Shown here: positions 9,495-20,422 of the stretch, piece by piece
Numbering within the stretch: the stretch's first letter is position 1
Layout of the letters: each line of letters begins with the position of its first letter
The notes under the pieces: model-generated
The model's input: only the letters and a program-made list of their open reading frames with translations
Told to the model about the DNA's origin: nothing
The model's database searches: none
Translations under genes and position numbers: made by a program
Source: Candidatus Poriferihabitaceae bacterium
GTDB taxonomy: Bacteria > Pseudomonadota > Gammaproteobacteria > Arenicellales > Poriferihabitantaceae
Direction of reading: 5' to 3'
Assembly (NCBI GenBank): GCA_965262585.1
Contig: OZ253546.1
Span: 1,277,202 to 1,341,201, forward strand
Length of the DNA: 64,000 bases

Positions 9495-10328
9495 TCAGTA
9501 AAACGCCGCCTGCAATCCCATGCGATGTTTGATGGTGCTGCCCAACTCCTCCACCGAATAAGCGGTCGAGTCGCAATGCGCGATACCATAACGATCGAAC
9601 AAGGATTGCGCTATGCGGACTTCTCGGCGGCATTGGGCGAGGGAAGCGTAGTCGCTGTCGGGGCGACGTTCGGAGCGGATCTGCTGCAGCCTGAAAGGAT
9701 CGATGGTGAGCCCGAACACTTTTTCGCGGTGGGCGAGAATTTCATCGGGCAGCGCATCGCGTTCAAAGTCCTCTTCGGTGAGCGGATAGTTGGCCGCATA
9801 AAAACCAAAATGCAGCGCCAAATACAAACTGGTGGGGGTTTTGCCGCACCGCGACACGCCGATCAAGATTACCGTGGCGCGCTGGTAATCGCGCCGGTGC
9901 AAGCCATCATCGCAATGCAGGGCGTAATTGACCGCGCTGATTCGCCGGCCGTATTGCACCGGGTCGGCGATGCCGTGCGCCTTGCCGGCGAGGTGTGAGG
10001 CGACTTGCCCCAGGGCGGCCTCCATGCGCCCGATAAACGGCTCGAACAAGTTGAAAATTTCCGCGTTGGCGGTGGCCGCCAGATCTTGGTGATCTTCACT
10101 GGCGAAAGTGGTGAACACCAGCGGCCGCTTGCCGGATTCCACCGCCACCCGGTTTATGGTGGCGATGGCTTGCTGCAGTTTTGCGCGGTTGTCGATGAAC
10201 GGCAGCGCCTCCTGATTGAACTCGATGGCGGGAAACTGGCTCAGCAACGTGTGGCAGATGGTCTCCGCGGTCAAACCGCTGCGGTCGGACAGAATAAAAA
10301 CCGGATGTTGTGTCGAATGTTGTGTCAT
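9495..10328 (-). CDS. ppsR: PEP synthase/pyruvate dikinase regulatory kinase-pyrophosphorylase (DUF299)
   Basis: SDRSGLTAET, HCDDG, GVSRCGKTPTSLYLA, ANYPL, SVEE motifs. Confidence 0.85.
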   Translation of the reverse strand: MTQHSTQHPVFILSDRSGLTAETICHTLLSQFPAIEFNQEALPFIDNRAKLQQAIATINRVAVESGKRPLVFTTFASEDHQDLAATANAEIFNLFEPFIGRMEAALGQVASHLAGKAHGIADPVQYGRRISAVNYALHCDDGLHRRDYQRATVILIGVSRCGKTPTSLYLALHFGFYAANYPLTEEDFERDALPDEILAHREKVFGLTIDPFRLQQIRSERRPDSDYASLAQCRREVRIAQSLFDRYGIAHCDSTAYSVEELGSTIKHRMGLQAAFY

Positions 10329-10481
10329 GAAGGACCTCTTGAATGCAGTATCCGCGAACCGCCGGGTAGGCGGCATTAGGTATAATGATGCTCGTTGCCG
10401 CGCCGCTTGCGAAGTAGCCCGATGATTACATACCGGCGGCAGAATTGTCATGCACCATCCAATCACCAAACCCTGCAGCCC

Positions 10482-11885
10482 GTGACCGACCTTTATAAAT
10501 TATCCGCCTGCGAAGTGGTGGCACAACTTCAATCCGGCGTCATCACCGCGCACGACGCTCTCGACAGCATCGAAAAGCGGATTCGGTCGGTTGATTCTAA
10601 AATAAACGCCTTGCCAATACGCTGTTTCGAGCGCGCGCGGGAAAATGCCGATGCACTACCCGGCTCTGCCTCGCAACAACGCGCCTTGCAACAGCATGGG
10701 ATGTTGCATGGGCTTCCCGTCACCATCAAGGATTTGTTGCCGGTCGCAAACGTGCGAACGACTTTCGGTTCGCGCATCTATGAACACCACATTCCCGATC
10801 AATCCGACCCGCTGGTTACGCAAATAGAAAAACGCGGCGGAATAATTTATGCCAAATCCAACACCCCCGAATTTGGCACCGGCGGCATTACTTTTAACGA
10901 CCTATTCGGCGCAACCCGCAACCCCCACAACACGAGTTTGGCATCTGGCGGCTCCTCCGGCGGTGCCGCCGCATCGCTTGCCGCCGGTTGCGCGTGGTTA
11001 TCCCACGGATCGGATATGGCCGGTTCCCTGCGCACGCCCGCAAGTTTTTGCGGGGTCGCCAGCCTGCGGCCGTCGCCGAATAAAATTCACGCCGCTTCGG
11101 AATTTCTGCCCTGGGATATTCTCAGCGCTGAAGGCCCCATGGCGCGAAACATCGAAGACCTCGGATTGTTTGCCGACACCATGTTCAACAACTCCGCCGA
11201 ATCCATGTTGCAAGCGGCGCGCCATCCGATAGCACCGCAACGCATCGCCGTCAGCCGAGATTTAGGCGTTGCCACCGTCAACGATCAGGTCGCCGATAAT
11301 TTTCAGAAACTGGTTGACCGACTCGCCGGGGAGAACTGGAATGTCGTTGAAAGTCATCCCGATTTATATGGCGCGCATGAATGCTTTGATGTTCTGCGGG
11401 CGCAATCCTACGCCATCAACCTCGAACAAACCCTCGCCGACCATCCCGATGTTATGAAACCGGAAGTGGTCTGGAATATCCGCGCCGGGCTTGCCCTCAC
11501 CGCCGAAAAAATTCGCCGGGCGATCCGCACCCACGGGCGGATCATCAATCGCTCTGCAAACTATATGCGGGATGTGGACTTGTTGATCTGCCCGGCAACC
11601 AGCGTGGCTTCGGTTGCGGCGGAATTGCGATACCCCGGATCCGACGGAGAAACCCCCATCCCGGAATACTACCGCTGGCTGGCCATCGCATACGCCACCA
11701 CCCTCACCGCCCTGCCAATCATCACCCTGCCTTGTGGCCTCACAGACACCGGCCTACCCGCAGGCATTCAATTAATCGGCAAACCCGGCGGCGAATACCA
11801 ACTTTTTCAACACGCCCGCATGATCGAACGAATCATCGGTTGGGATAGCGAACCCGTTGATCTGGTTGTTGACAAAGCAGGATAA
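10482..11885 (+). CDS. Amidase signature family protein
   Basis: LHGLPVTIKD, KSNTPEFG, GGSSGG, GSDMAGSLRTPA; start uncertain. Confidence 0.85.
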   Translation: MTDLYKLSACEVVAQLQSGVITAHDALDSIEKRIRSVDSKINALPIRCFERARENADALPGSASQQRALQQHGMLHGLPVTIKDLLPVANVRTTFGSRIYEHHIPDQSDPLVTQIEKRGGIIYAKSNTPEFGTGGITFNDLFGATRNPHNTSLASGGSSGGAAASLAAGCAWLSHGSDMAGSLRTPASFCGVASLRPSPNKIHAASEFLPWDILSAEGPMARNIEDLGLFADTMFNNSAESMLQAARHPIAPQRIAVSRDLGVATVNDQVADNFQKLVDRLAGENWNVVESHPDLYGAHECFDVLRAQSYAINLEQTLADHPDVMKPEVVWNIRAGLALTAEKIRRAIRTHGRIINRSANYMRDVDLLICPATSVASVAAELRYPGSDGETPIPEYYRWLAIAYATTLTALPIITLPCGLTDTGLPAGIQLIGKPGGEYQLFQHARMIERIIGWDSEPVDLVVDKAG

Positions 11886-11931
11886 CAATCGACGGGTTAC
11901 AATCGCGCTCGATTACATCGCCCTCCCCCCC

Positions 11932-12942
11932 ATGACCAACCAAACCAATCACCAAAAACCCGCCTATCTTTTTCCCGGGCAGGGTGCGCAGTATTCCGGT
12001 ATCGGCGGGGATTTGTATGCGCAACTTTCCGTGGTTCGGGATACTTACGCTGAGGCGAGCGATGCGTTGGGTTATGACATCGCTGATTTGTCCTTTAATG
12101 CGCCCGCCGAAAAGATCAACCTGACGCGGTATACCCAGCCGGTGTTGTTGACCCACTCCATCGCCTGCCTGCGCGCTTTCAATGAGCGAACCGGGCATTC
12201 GCTGCAGCCGGCCATGGCGGCCGGGCACAGTCTCGGCGAGTATGGCGCGCTGGTCAGTGCCGGTGCGCTTTCTTTTGAACTGGCGTTGCAACTGGTGAAG
12301 CGGCGCGGCGAATTGATGGGGGAATTTGGCCGTGGCGAAATGGAGGCGCTGATGGTCGACTTCGAATCGGCTTGCGAACTGGCCGGGCGACATCATTGCG
12401 AAATCGCCGCTTGCAATCTGCCGGAACAGACCGTGGTGGGCGGCAAGGCGGCGGATCTCGATGCGTTAATCCTCGACCTAGCCACAAGGTTTCCCAAAAA
12501 GCGCAGCGCCCGCCTGAAAACCGAAGGGGCGTTTCATACTTATTACATGGTCGATGCGGCGATGAAATTCCGCGAAACCCTGGAGCAAGCGGCATTCAAT
12601 GCACCGCGCTTTCCGGTGCTATCGAATTTCACCGGCGGCTTTCACAGCACCGGCCATGACGCCGACCTCGCCGCCGACCTCGATGCCCTCAAGTCGCGCC
12701 TGTTCCTGCAGTTGTTCAACCCGGTTCTGTGGCATCAAAACCTGCTGCAAGTCGACGCCGCCGGCGCGGATTTATTGATCGAATTCGGCGGCGGCTTGGG
12801 CCGGGGGGAAACACCGGCATCCAAACGCCCCAATCTGGAAGGCATGGTGAAAAAAACCTGGCGGGATGCAGACCAACGACCAGAATATTTGGCCGTAATC
12901 AATTCGAAAACACTGGAAGAGTCCGCGCTTGCGATTGTTTGA
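11932..12942 (+). CDS. Malonyl-CoA:ACP transacylase (FabD-like), standalone
   Basis: LFPGQGAQ, TQP, AGHSLGEY, GAFHT. Confidence 0.85.
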   Translation: MTNQTNHQKPAYLFPGQGAQYSGIGGDLYAQLSVVRDTYAEASDALGYDIADLSFNAPAEKINLTRYTQPVLLTHSIACLRAFNERTGHSLQPAMAAGHSLGEYGALVSAGALSFELALQLVKRRGELMGEFGRGEMEALMVDFESACELAGRHHCEIAACNLPEQTVVGGKAADLDALILDLATRFPKKRSARLKTEGAFHTYYMVDAAMKFRETLEQAAFNAPRFPVLSNFTGGFHSTGHDADLAADLDALKSRLFLQLFNPVLWHQNLLQVDAAGADLLIEFGGGLGRGETPASKRPNLEGMVKKTWRDADQRPEYLAVINSKTLEESALAIV

Positions 12943-12982
12943 TTGCTCGCGGTTTATGTTCCGGTGCGACAGCGGCGGCTTT

Positions 12983-14047
12983 TCACCCCTCACCCTTCGC
13001 TCGTCGGCGCATTCGTCGGCGTGCGCCCAAGCCGCCTACTGCGCCGGCGGCGATGCTCATTTCGCCGCGTAGTTGTGCTTTGGCGCCGGCTGAGACTTCG
13101 CCGAGGCGGTTTTCGATGGCGGCCAGGGTGGGGACGGCGCGTGGGCGGTGTCGGTCTAGGGCGGCGCGCATCGCCACGATGTGCGCCGGTGTGGTGCCGC
13201 AGCAGCCGCCGATGATGTTGGCACCGGCGTCCACGGCGAGTTTGGCGTATTCGGACATAATCTGCTCATTGCCGCTGTATACGATGCTGCCGTCGATATA
13301 CTGCGGCACCCCGCAGTTGGCTTTGGCGACGATGACCGGATCGACGTTTTGCAATTCGCATGCTTGCCGCATGTTGATAGTGGCGGCGATTAACTCCGAA
13401 GCACCGACCCCGCAGTTGGCGCCGATGGCATCCGGCACCCGTTCCATTTGGTAGCAGAGTTTGACGATGTCCGTCGGCGCAAGGCCCATCATGGTGCGAC
13501 CGTTGGTGTCCACGCTGAAAGTGGCGACCACTGGCAACCCGACCCGCGATGCGCCGACAACGGCGGCCTGCACTTCTTCCCTGGAGGACATGGTTTCGAT
13601 CCAGAATACATCCGCCCCGCCTTCCTTCAACGCTCGGGCTTGTGCCTCGAATGCGGCGGCGGCGGCATCAAAACTCAACTCCCCCAACGGCGCCATGATT
13701 TCCCCGCTGGGGCCCATGGAGCCGCCGACTATGATTTTCCGTTGTGCTTTGTCCACCTGTTCGCGGGCGATGCGCGCGCCCTTGCGATTGAGTTCTGCAA
13801 CCCGCTGTGCAGCGTCGTGCCGTTGCAATCGATAGCAGGTGCCGCCGAAGGTGTTGGTGAGGATGATGTCGGAGCCGGCGGCGATGAAGGCTTGGTATTG
13901 GTGGGCGATGCGGTCGGGGTGGAGGTCGTTCCATAACTCCGGGGAATCGCCGCTCGACAATCCCGCATCAAACAAATTGGAGCCGGTGGCGCCATCCGCC
14001 AGCAGCACGCCACGCTCTTGCAGCAGTTCCCCGATGATATTGGCCAC
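12983..14047 (-). CDS. Homocysteine S-methyltransferase (betaine-homocysteine methyltransferase / MetH N-domain-like)
   Basis: LADGATG, TNTFG, IETMS, GANCGVG and IIGGCCGTTP Zn ligands. Confidence 0.85.
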   Translation of the reverse strand: MANIIGELLQERGVLLADGATGSNLFDAGLSSGDSPELWNDLHPDRIAHQYQAFIAAGSDIILTNTFGGTCYRLQRHDAAQRVAELNRKGARIAREQVDKAQRKIIVGGSMGPSGEIMAPLGELSFDAAAAAFEAQARALKEGGADVFWIETMSSREEVQAAVVGASRVGLPVVATFSVDTNGRTMMGLAPTDIVKLCYQMERVPDAIGANCGVGASELIAATINMRQACELQNVDPVIVAKANCGVPQYIDGSIVYSGNEQIMSEYAKLAVDAGANIIGGCCGTTPAHIVAMRAALDRHRPRAVPTLAAIENRLGEVSAGAKAQLRGEMSIAAGAVGGLGARRRMRRRAKGEG

Positions 14048-14184
14048 AGGATAATACCTCCCCGGAAATATACCGCGAATTATATCCCAGACAACAATGA
14101 GTGGTATCATCGCTTCCGGCGCACAAACACCGCCGCACAAGTACAATCGTGAACCGCCCGAACTTCACCCGCCGGAACCCGCCC

Positions 14185-15315
14185 ATGCTGAGCTCCCCGA
14201 CTTTTTCCATCGGCATCGAAGAAGAATATATGCTGGTGAACCCCCACAGCGGCGATTTGGTGCGCAAGGTGCCGCGCTCGCTGATGCCTGCGATGAAGCG
14301 CAAACTGGGCAACACCGTATCGCCGGAATTTTTGCAATCTCAAGTGGAGGTAGGCACGCCGGTATGCAAATCAGTGGGCGAGGCGAGTCGGCAACTGGCG
14401 CATCTTCGGGCGACCGTGGCGGAGGTTGCAGCCCAGCACGACATGGCCGTCATCGCCGCCTCGACCCATCCGTTTGCCGACGCCCACGATCAACATATCA
14501 CCAACCGGGCGCGTTATGCGGCGCTGGCCGAAGACCTGCAGGGAGTGGTGCGCCGCTTGTTGATCAGCGGCATGCACGTCCATGTGGGCATTGACGATGA
14601 CGACTTGCGCATCGATTTGATGAATCAGGCCAGTTACATCCTGCCGCACCTTCTGGCACTCAGCACCTCTTCGCCGTTCTGGCACGGCAACGATACCGGG
14701 CTCAAGTCCTACCGCATATCGGTGTGGGGGGAAATGCCGCGCACCGGCCTGCCCCACGTCTTCGACACCTTCTCGGATTTCCAGCGCCATGTCGATGTGC
14801 TGGTCGACGCCGGTGTCATCGAAGACGCCACCAAGATCTGGTGGGATATGCGCCCGAGTGCCCGCTATCCCACCCTGGAAATGCGCATCGCCGATTCGTG
14901 CACCACGCTCAAAGACGCGGCTTGCGTGGCGGCGTTGTTTCAGTGCTGGCTGCGGCTGCTGCACCGGCTACGGCTTTCCAACCAACGCTGGCGTCAATAC
15001 TCCACCTGGCTGCTAGAGGAAAACCGCTGGCGCGCACACCGCTACGGCATCGACGGCGGGCTAATTGATTTTGGCCGCGGCTCCATCGTGCCGTATGCCG
15101 ATTTACTCAATGAAATTCTTGACCTCATCAAAGAAGACGCCGAAGCACTCGACTGCGTCGCCGAAGTCAAACACGCACGCACCATCATTCGCCGAGGAAC
15201 CAGCGCCCACCGCCAGTTAAAAGTGTATTACCGCGCCATCGAACAAGGCCATTCCAAACAGGCGGCGTTGGCCAAAGTGGTGCGCTGGTTGTGTAAGGAA
15301 ACCTTGCGGGTGTGA
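14185..15315 (+). CDS. Carboxylate-amine ligase, YbdK/GCS2 family
   Basis: IGIEEEY, GMHVHVG, ALSTSSPFW, WWDMRPS..YPTLEMR. Confidence 0.88.
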   Translation: MLSSPTFSIGIEEEYMLVNPHSGDLVRKVPRSLMPAMKRKLGNTVSPEFLQSQVEVGTPVCKSVGEASRQLAHLRATVAEVAAQHDMAVIAASTHPFADAHDQHITNRARYAALAEDLQGVVRRLLISGMHVHVGIDDDDLRIDLMNQASYILPHLLALSTSSPFWHGNDTGLKSYRISVWGEMPRTGLPHVFDTFSDFQRHVDVLVDAGVIEDATKIWWDMRPSARYPTLEMRIADSCTTLKDAACVAALFQCWLRLLHRLRLSNQRWRQYSTWLLEENRWRAHRYGIDGGLIDFGRGSIVPYADLLNEILDLIKEDAEALDCVAEVKHARTIIRRGTSAHRQLKVYYRAIEQGHSKQAALAKVVRWLCKETLRV

Positions 15316-15472
15316 GGATTGCGGTTGCGCTAGGCTCCGGCGGCGAAGCCGTCGCACAACACAAGCGAATCGTAATCCACCAAAAAACCGCAATCGCCGC
15401 TGTTGTGGAAAATGGTGAAACGAAAGAAATTGTTCTTGTCCATAAACATTAAATTACGCGAGAGAGAAACCG

Positions 15473-15676
15473 ATGACATATACCGACATACAAGCCGAGT
15501 ATTGTAGGCAACACGGCAGAAGCGTTAAAACCTGCTGGATTGCCCATGTAAAACGAGACCACAACGCAACCACACATCAAGCGCACAACCGCATCTCAGG
15601 GGAAGTAATGCATCCATGTCCACCAGAGATTTATCTAAAACTGGAAAAAATCATGAAAGAGGGCGGTGCAATTTGA
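15473..15676 (+). CDS. Small conserved hypothetical protein (TY..IQ...KTCWIAHVK...NR...CP motif)
   Basis: 67-aa AT-rich ORF with a purine-rich upstream RBS, between convergent ybdK and ptsI. Confidence 0.65.
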   Translation: MTYTDIQAEYCRQHGRSVKTCWIAHVKRDHNATTHQAHNRISGEVMHPCPPEIYLKLEKIMKEGGAI

Positions 15677-15707
15677 AGGAAAAGGTAACACTATTTTTTA
15701 CCCTCGG

Positions 15708-17450
15708 CTATTTATTAATCTCCGCCGCCATTTCCCTGATGCGTTCCGGTTCGGCGGTGGTTAGCAACGGGGCTACTTGGGCGGCAAGTCGGCTGGCGTC
15801 GGTTAGGCGGATTTGTTGTTTGACTTCTAGGAGGGAGGCTGGGTCCATGCTGAATTCGCGTAGTCCCAGTCCTAATAGGATGCGGGTGTAGGCTGCATCT
15901 CCGGCCATTTCTCCGCACATGGAAACTGGGATGTTGGCGGATTTTCCGGCGTCTATGATGTTTTTGATTAGGCGCAAGACAGACGGATGCAGTGGGTCGT
16001 AAAGATAGTTCACTTCGTCGTCGATGCGGTCGATGGCGAGGGTGTATTGAATGAGATCGTTGGTGCCGATGGAGAGAAAATCCAGTTTGTGGGCGAATAG
16101 GTCGGCTGCAATCGCCGCCGCCGGTACCTCGATCATGCCGCCGACCGGCACCTCGGGATCAAAGTCATGGCCTTCCTGCTCCAACTCCCGTTTGACCTGA
16201 TCGAGCAGGGCGAATAACTGATTCAACTCATCCATGCTGGAAACCATCGGCACCATGATTCGCACTTGCCCGATGGCCGACACCCGGTAAATCGCTCGCA
16301 ACTGTGGCTTGAATAAGCCGAGGTCGTGCAGGCACAGGCGAATCGCACGGCGTCCCAGTGCCGGATTGGTGGCCATCGCGTCGCTTGCCCGGCCACCGTC
16401 CACCTGCTTGTCGGCGCCGAGGTCTAGAGTGCGGATGGTGACCGGTCGCCGGATTCGCCCGACCACATCGGCATACGCCGCGAATTGCTCTTCCTCATCG
16501 GGCACTCGCCGCCGGTTCATAAACAAAAATTCGGTTCGATACAGCCCTACGCCCTGCGCGTTTCGAGAGATTCCTTCCAACGCCTCGTCGGGTAGTTCGA
16601 TATTCACCAGCAGTGAAATCGTCTGGCCGTCCAGCGTGGTGGCCGAGGCATCCCGCAACGAATCCAGCTCCTGAATGCGCCGCCGAATTTTTTCCCGGCG
16701 GCGTTCATAGGCGGCCAGCGCGGCTTCATCGGGATTCACCAACACCACGCCACGCTTACCGTCAATCACCAGCAAATCGCCGTTGCGCAGGTAGCGGATG
16801 GCGCCGTGCAGGCCGACTATCGCCGGAATGCCCATGCTGCGGGCGAGGATTGCGGTGTGGGATATGGGCCCGCCGAGATTGGTGATGAATGCGCTGATGC
16901 GGTGTCGTTTGAGTTCCACGGCGTCGGCGGGGGTGAGGTCGTTGGCGACGATGATTTCGCCGGCCGCAATATCGAGGACGCCTTCGGGTTGACCGCCCAC
17001 CCCGCTCGATGCCTCCGACAACTCGCCCTGAATGCGTTGGATGACCTGCGCCACATCCGCCGATTTGCCGCTGAGGTAGGGGTCGTGGATGTCCTTGAAA
17101 AATTGATCCAGTTTTCCGGAGTGGCGGTCGAGGGCGGCTTCGGCGTTAATTTTTCGCTTGCGGATGATGCCCGCCGGTTGTTCGAATAACACCGTGTCTT
17201 CCAATATCATCAAGTGAACACCGAGGATCGATACGATTTCTTCAGGCACATCCACGGGCAACTCGTCTCGGATTTTTTCCAACGATGCGCGCGCGCGCTC
17301 CACGGCTTGTTGCAAGCGGGCGACCTCGGCTTCCACCATGCCGTCGTCGATGGAAAATTCGGCAATCTCGCGACCGGCTAGTCGGATGATTCGCGCCGTG
17401 CCGATGGCGATACCGCTACCGCTGCCGCTGGCGTGCAAGGTGAACATCAC
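15708..17450 (-). CDS. ptsI: PTS enzyme I (PEP-protein phosphotransferase)
   Basis: GGPISHTAILAR phospho-His site, GLYRTEFLF, RTLDLGADK, SIGTNDLIQY, CGEMAGD. Confidence 0.93.
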   Translation of the reverse strand: MMFTLHASGSGSGIAIGTARIIRLAGREIAEFSIDDGMVEAEVARLQQAVERARASLEKIRDELPVDVPEEIVSILGVHLMILEDTVLFEQPAGIIRKRKINAEAALDRHSGKLDQFFKDIHDPYLSGKSADVAQVIQRIQGELSEASSGVGGQPEGVLDIAAGEIIVANDLTPADAVELKRHRISAFITNLGGPISHTAILARSMGIPAIVGLHGAIRYLRNGDLLVIDGKRGVVLVNPDEAALAAYERRREKIRRRIQELDSLRDASATTLDGQTISLLVNIELPDEALEGISRNAQGVGLYRTEFLFMNRRRVPDEEEQFAAYADVVGRIRRPVTIRTLDLGADKQVDGGRASDAMATNPALGRRAIRLCLHDLGLFKPQLRAIYRVSAIGQVRIMVPMVSSMDELNQLFALLDQVKRELEQEGHDFDPEVPVGGMIEVPAAAIAADLFAHKLDFLSIGTNDLIQYTLAIDRIDDEVNYLYDPLHPSVLRLIKNIIDAGKSANIPVSMCGEMAGDAAYTRILLGLGLREFSMDPASLLEVKQQIRLTDASRLAAQVAPLLTTAEPERIREMAAEINK

Positions 17451-17456
17451 GCCACC

Positions 17457-17729
17457 CTATTCGCCTTCGCCGAAGCAGTCGGCGAACATCCGGCAGATCG
17501 CATCGGCGGCGCTTTGCGCATCTTCCCCCCGCACCACAAGCGTGAGTTCGCTGCCTTGTGTGGCGGCAAGCATCATCACCCCCATGATGCTTTTGGCGTC
17601 CACCGTTTTTTCAGGCATGCTCAACTTGATCGCGCTGTTGAATCCGGCGGTTAGTTTCACCAATTTGGCGGCGGCGCGGGCATGCAGGCCGAGTTTATTA
17701 ACTACCGTAATGCGCTTTTCGAGATTCAC
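17457..17729 (-). CDS. ptsH: HPr/NPr phosphocarrier
   Basis: NKLGLHARAAAK and DAKSIMGVMML; GTG start overlapping the rapZ stop. Confidence 0.9.
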   Translation of the reverse strand: MNLEKRITVVNKLGLHARAAAKLVKLTAGFNSAIKLSMPEKTVDAKSIMGVMMLAATQGSELTLVVRGEDAQSAADAICRMFADCFGEGE

Positions 17730-18610
17730 TTTGCCAACTCCCGGTGGCGCACCTGTACGCTGACCTCGTGGTCGGCGAAACGCTCGCGCAATCGCTCGGC
17801 GACATATACCGAACGGTGTCGGCCACCGGTGCAACCGATTGCGACTGTGAAATAACTCCGGTTTTCATTGGCAAAACCCGGCAGCCATGTTTTCAGAAAG
17901 CGATGAATCTCATCGGTCATGCGGCGCACGAGTTCGTGCCCGGCGAGATAGTCGATGACCGCCGGATCGAGTCCGGTCAGGGCGCGCAACGCTTCTTCCC
18001 AGTGCGGGTTGGGCAGGCAGCGAACATCAAACACGAAATCCGCTTCCCGTGGCGAGCCGAATTTGAAACCGAAGGATTCGATCAAAAATAGCGGCTTGGC
18101 AGCCGAACCGCCGGTGGCGAAATCCCGCACCAGCCCGCGCAATTCGTGGGGAGTAGTATCGGTGGTGTCGATGATTTTTTCGGCACGGTCGTGGAGCGGC
18201 TGCAGCAACAACCTTTCTTGCCGGATGCCCTCGATCAGCGGAGTATGCAGGTCGGTCAGCGGATGCTTGCGGCGGGTTTCGCTGTATCTGCGTATCAACA
18301 TCTGCTCCTCCGCTTCCAGAAAAAGCAAGCGATAGAAAGTTCCGCCGCGCTCCAGTTCTTTCAGTTTGTCGTCGAGCAACAACAAGAAATGCTTGTTGCG
18401 CGAATCGATACTGACCGCCGCCCCGGTCGGCACATTCTGCACTTCCAAGTCGAGATCGTCTTGAAGGTAGACGCCAAATTCGGGCAGCAGTACCGACGGC
18501 AAATTGTCGATGCAGTAATAGCCGATGTCCTCCAAGGATTGCAACGCCACGCTCCTGCCGGATCCGGACAGGCCGCTGATGATTATCATGCCGGAGGACG
18601 ATGCGTTCAT
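17726..18610 (-). CDS. rapZ: RNase adapter RapZ
   Basis: SGLSGSG, DNLP, SFGFKFG, FDVRCLPNPHW, IGCTGGRHRSV. Confidence 0.93.
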   Translation of the reverse strand: MNASSSGMIIISGLSGSGRSVALQSLEDIGYYCIDNLPSVLLPEFGVYLQDDLDLEVQNVPTGAAVSIDSRNKHFLLLLDDKLKELERGGTFYRLLFLEAEEQMLIRRYSETRRKHPLTDLHTPLIEGIRQERLLLQPLHDRAEKIIDTTDTTPHELRGLVRDFATGGSAAKPLFLIESFGFKFGSPREADFVFDVRCLPNPHWEEALRALTGLDPAVIDYLAGHELVRRMTDEIHRFLKTWLPGFANENRSYFTVAIGCTGGRHRSVYVAERLRERFADHEVSVQVRHRELAK

Positions 18611-18677
18611 AGTTTTCTCGCTGTCGGGGGCGTTATTGGACGAATCGCAAATTGATTCGGCGGGCGGGCGAAAGTGC

Positions 18678-19262
18678 TCAAGTCGAAACCGGTGTGTTTT
18701 GGAAATGCGCCGCCAATTCCGCCGCACTACCGGCTTTTTTGAGTTGCTCGAGAAAACCCGGCGTGCTGAAGCGTTCCGCCAGTGCAGCGAGCAATTTTAA
18801 GTGCGTCTCGTTGGCCTCGACCGGCGCCAGCAGGCATACCGCCAACCACACTGGCACCTCGTCCGGGGAGTCGTAATCGATAGCGTGTTTCAGCCGGGCG
18901 ACCGCGATCATCGGTTCGGCGAGACCTTCGATGCGGCCATGGGGCAGGGCGATGCCGTTGCCGATTCCGGTGCAGCCGAGTTTTTCGCGCTTGGTCAGAA
19001 TGTGTAGCACGGTGTCGAGGTCCGGGCCGGGTTGGTCTTTGTCGCTGTCAGCGCCATTACTATCGGCATCATCATCATTATGCGACGCCAGCAAGTTCGC
19101 CATTTTCTCGAACAACCGCTTGCGGCTGGACACATCGAGGTCAATCACCACCCGCCGGTGGTCGAGAAAATCACCAATCACCGGCGCCGGTGCACCAACT
19201 CCCATTGGAGCGTCAACACGAGCCATCAAAAGATGCGCGTCATCAAGGGCTGAAGTTTTCAT
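18678..19262 (-). CDS. ptsN: PTS EIIA(Ntr)-like protein
   Basis: REKLGCTGIGNGIALPHGR; contains an acidic insertion (HNDDDADSNGADSDKDQPG). Confidence 0.85.
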   Translation of the reverse strand: MKTSALDDAHLLMARVDAPMGVGAPAPVIGDFLDHRRVVIDLDVSSRKRLFEKMANLLASHNDDDADSNGADSDKDQPGPDLDTVLHILTKREKLGCTGIGNGIALPHGRIEGLAEPMIAVARLKHAIDYDSPDEVPVWLAVCLLAPVEANETHLKLLAALAERFSTPGFLEQLKKAGSAAELAAHFQNTPVST

Positions 19263-19582
19263 TCGCGCATTTGCTTCAACGATTCATCGTTGCGATGGTG
19301 GTCAACGAGTTTTTCCTTGCGCTTGATCACTTGCCGGTCGAGTTTGCCGGCCATCGCATCGATCGCGGCGTACATATCATCGGCGCTGCCGGAAGCGTGC
19401 AGGGTTGCGCCTTTGGTGTTGATGGTCGCTTCTGCCAGATGGCGGGTTTTTTCCACACGCAGTACCACCTTGGTGTTGGTAACATGGTCGAAGTGGCGGG
19501 TGATTTTCCCCACTCTTTCGGCTACATGGTCGTGCAACGCCGGGGTGACTTCCAGATGTTGTCCGCTGATTGATAGTTGCAT
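19259..19582 (-). CDS. hpf: Ribosome hibernation promoting factor
   Basis: MQLSISGQHLEVTPAL...DMYAAID...KLDRQ. Confidence 0.93.
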   Translation of the reverse strand: MQLSISGQHLEVTPALHDHVAERVGKITRHFDHVTNTKVVLRVEKTRHLAEATINTKGATLHASGSADDMYAAIDAMAGKLDRQVIKRKEKLVDHHRNDESLKQMRE

Positions 19583-19689
19583 AAAAAAATTCTCCCATTA
19601 GGTTAACTAGCGCGAATAAAACTTTTTTCAAACGAGGTCGAAAAATTATGGCGACCGGGAAATTATACCGCAAAAAATTTTTGTCATTC

Positions 19690-20415
19690 TTACATGTGAA
19701 AATCGTGTCCGAGATAGGCTTGGCGCACTTTTTCATCCGCCATAATCGATTCTGGCTTGCCACGCGCAAGCACCTTGCCGAAATGTAGAATGTAGGCGCG
19801 GTCGCAAATGCCGAGGGTTTCGCGGACATTGTGATCGGTAATCAACACCCCGATTCCGCGATCTTTCAACAGCCGAATGATGTTCTGAATATCGCGCACC
19901 GCGATCGGGTCGATGCCGGCAAACGGTTCGTCGAGCAAGATGAACGCCGGTTGCAACGCCAGCGCGCGGGCGATTTCCACGCGCCGCTGCTCACCCCCGG
20001 AAAGTCGGATAGCGGGTTTGTCGCGCAAGTGGACGATGCCAAATTCGTCCATCAAGCGTTCACTAATCTGCAATCGTTCGGCGGCGCCATGCTTACCCGC
20101 CGCTTCGAGCACGGCGAGGATGTTCTGCTCGGCGGTGAGTTTTCGGAATATCGAATGCTCTTGAGGCAGATAGCCGATGCCCTTGCGCGCGCGTTGGTGC
20201 ATGGGCAGCCGCGTGAGGTCTTCATCGTCCACAAAAATTTTACCTTCGGTGTGTCGCACCAGCCCGATGATCATGTTGAAACAAGTGGTTTTGCCGGCGC
20301 CGTTGGCACCCAGCAACCCGACCACTTCGCCGCCCGATACCGTGAGATCGACATGGTCTACGATCACCGCGCGGTCGTATTTCTTTACCAATCCGGTGGC
20401 TTGCAGGGATTTCAT
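19690..20415 (-). CDS. lptB: LPS export ABC ATPase LptB
   Basis: [51 protein letters not shown]. Confidence 0.95.
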   Translation of the reverse strand: MKSLQATGLVKKYDRAVIVDHVDLTVSGGEVVGLLGANGAGKTTCFNMIIGLVRHTEGKIFVDDEDLTRLPMHQRARKGIGYLPQEHSIFRKLTAEQNILAVLEAAGKHGAAERLQISERLMDEFGIVHLRDKPAIRLSGGEQRRVEIARALALQPAFILLDEPFAGIDPIAVRDIQNIIRLLKDRGIGVLITDHNVRETLGICDRAYILHFGKVLARGKPESIMADEKVRQAYLGHDFHM

Positions 20416-20422
20416 CCGGCGT

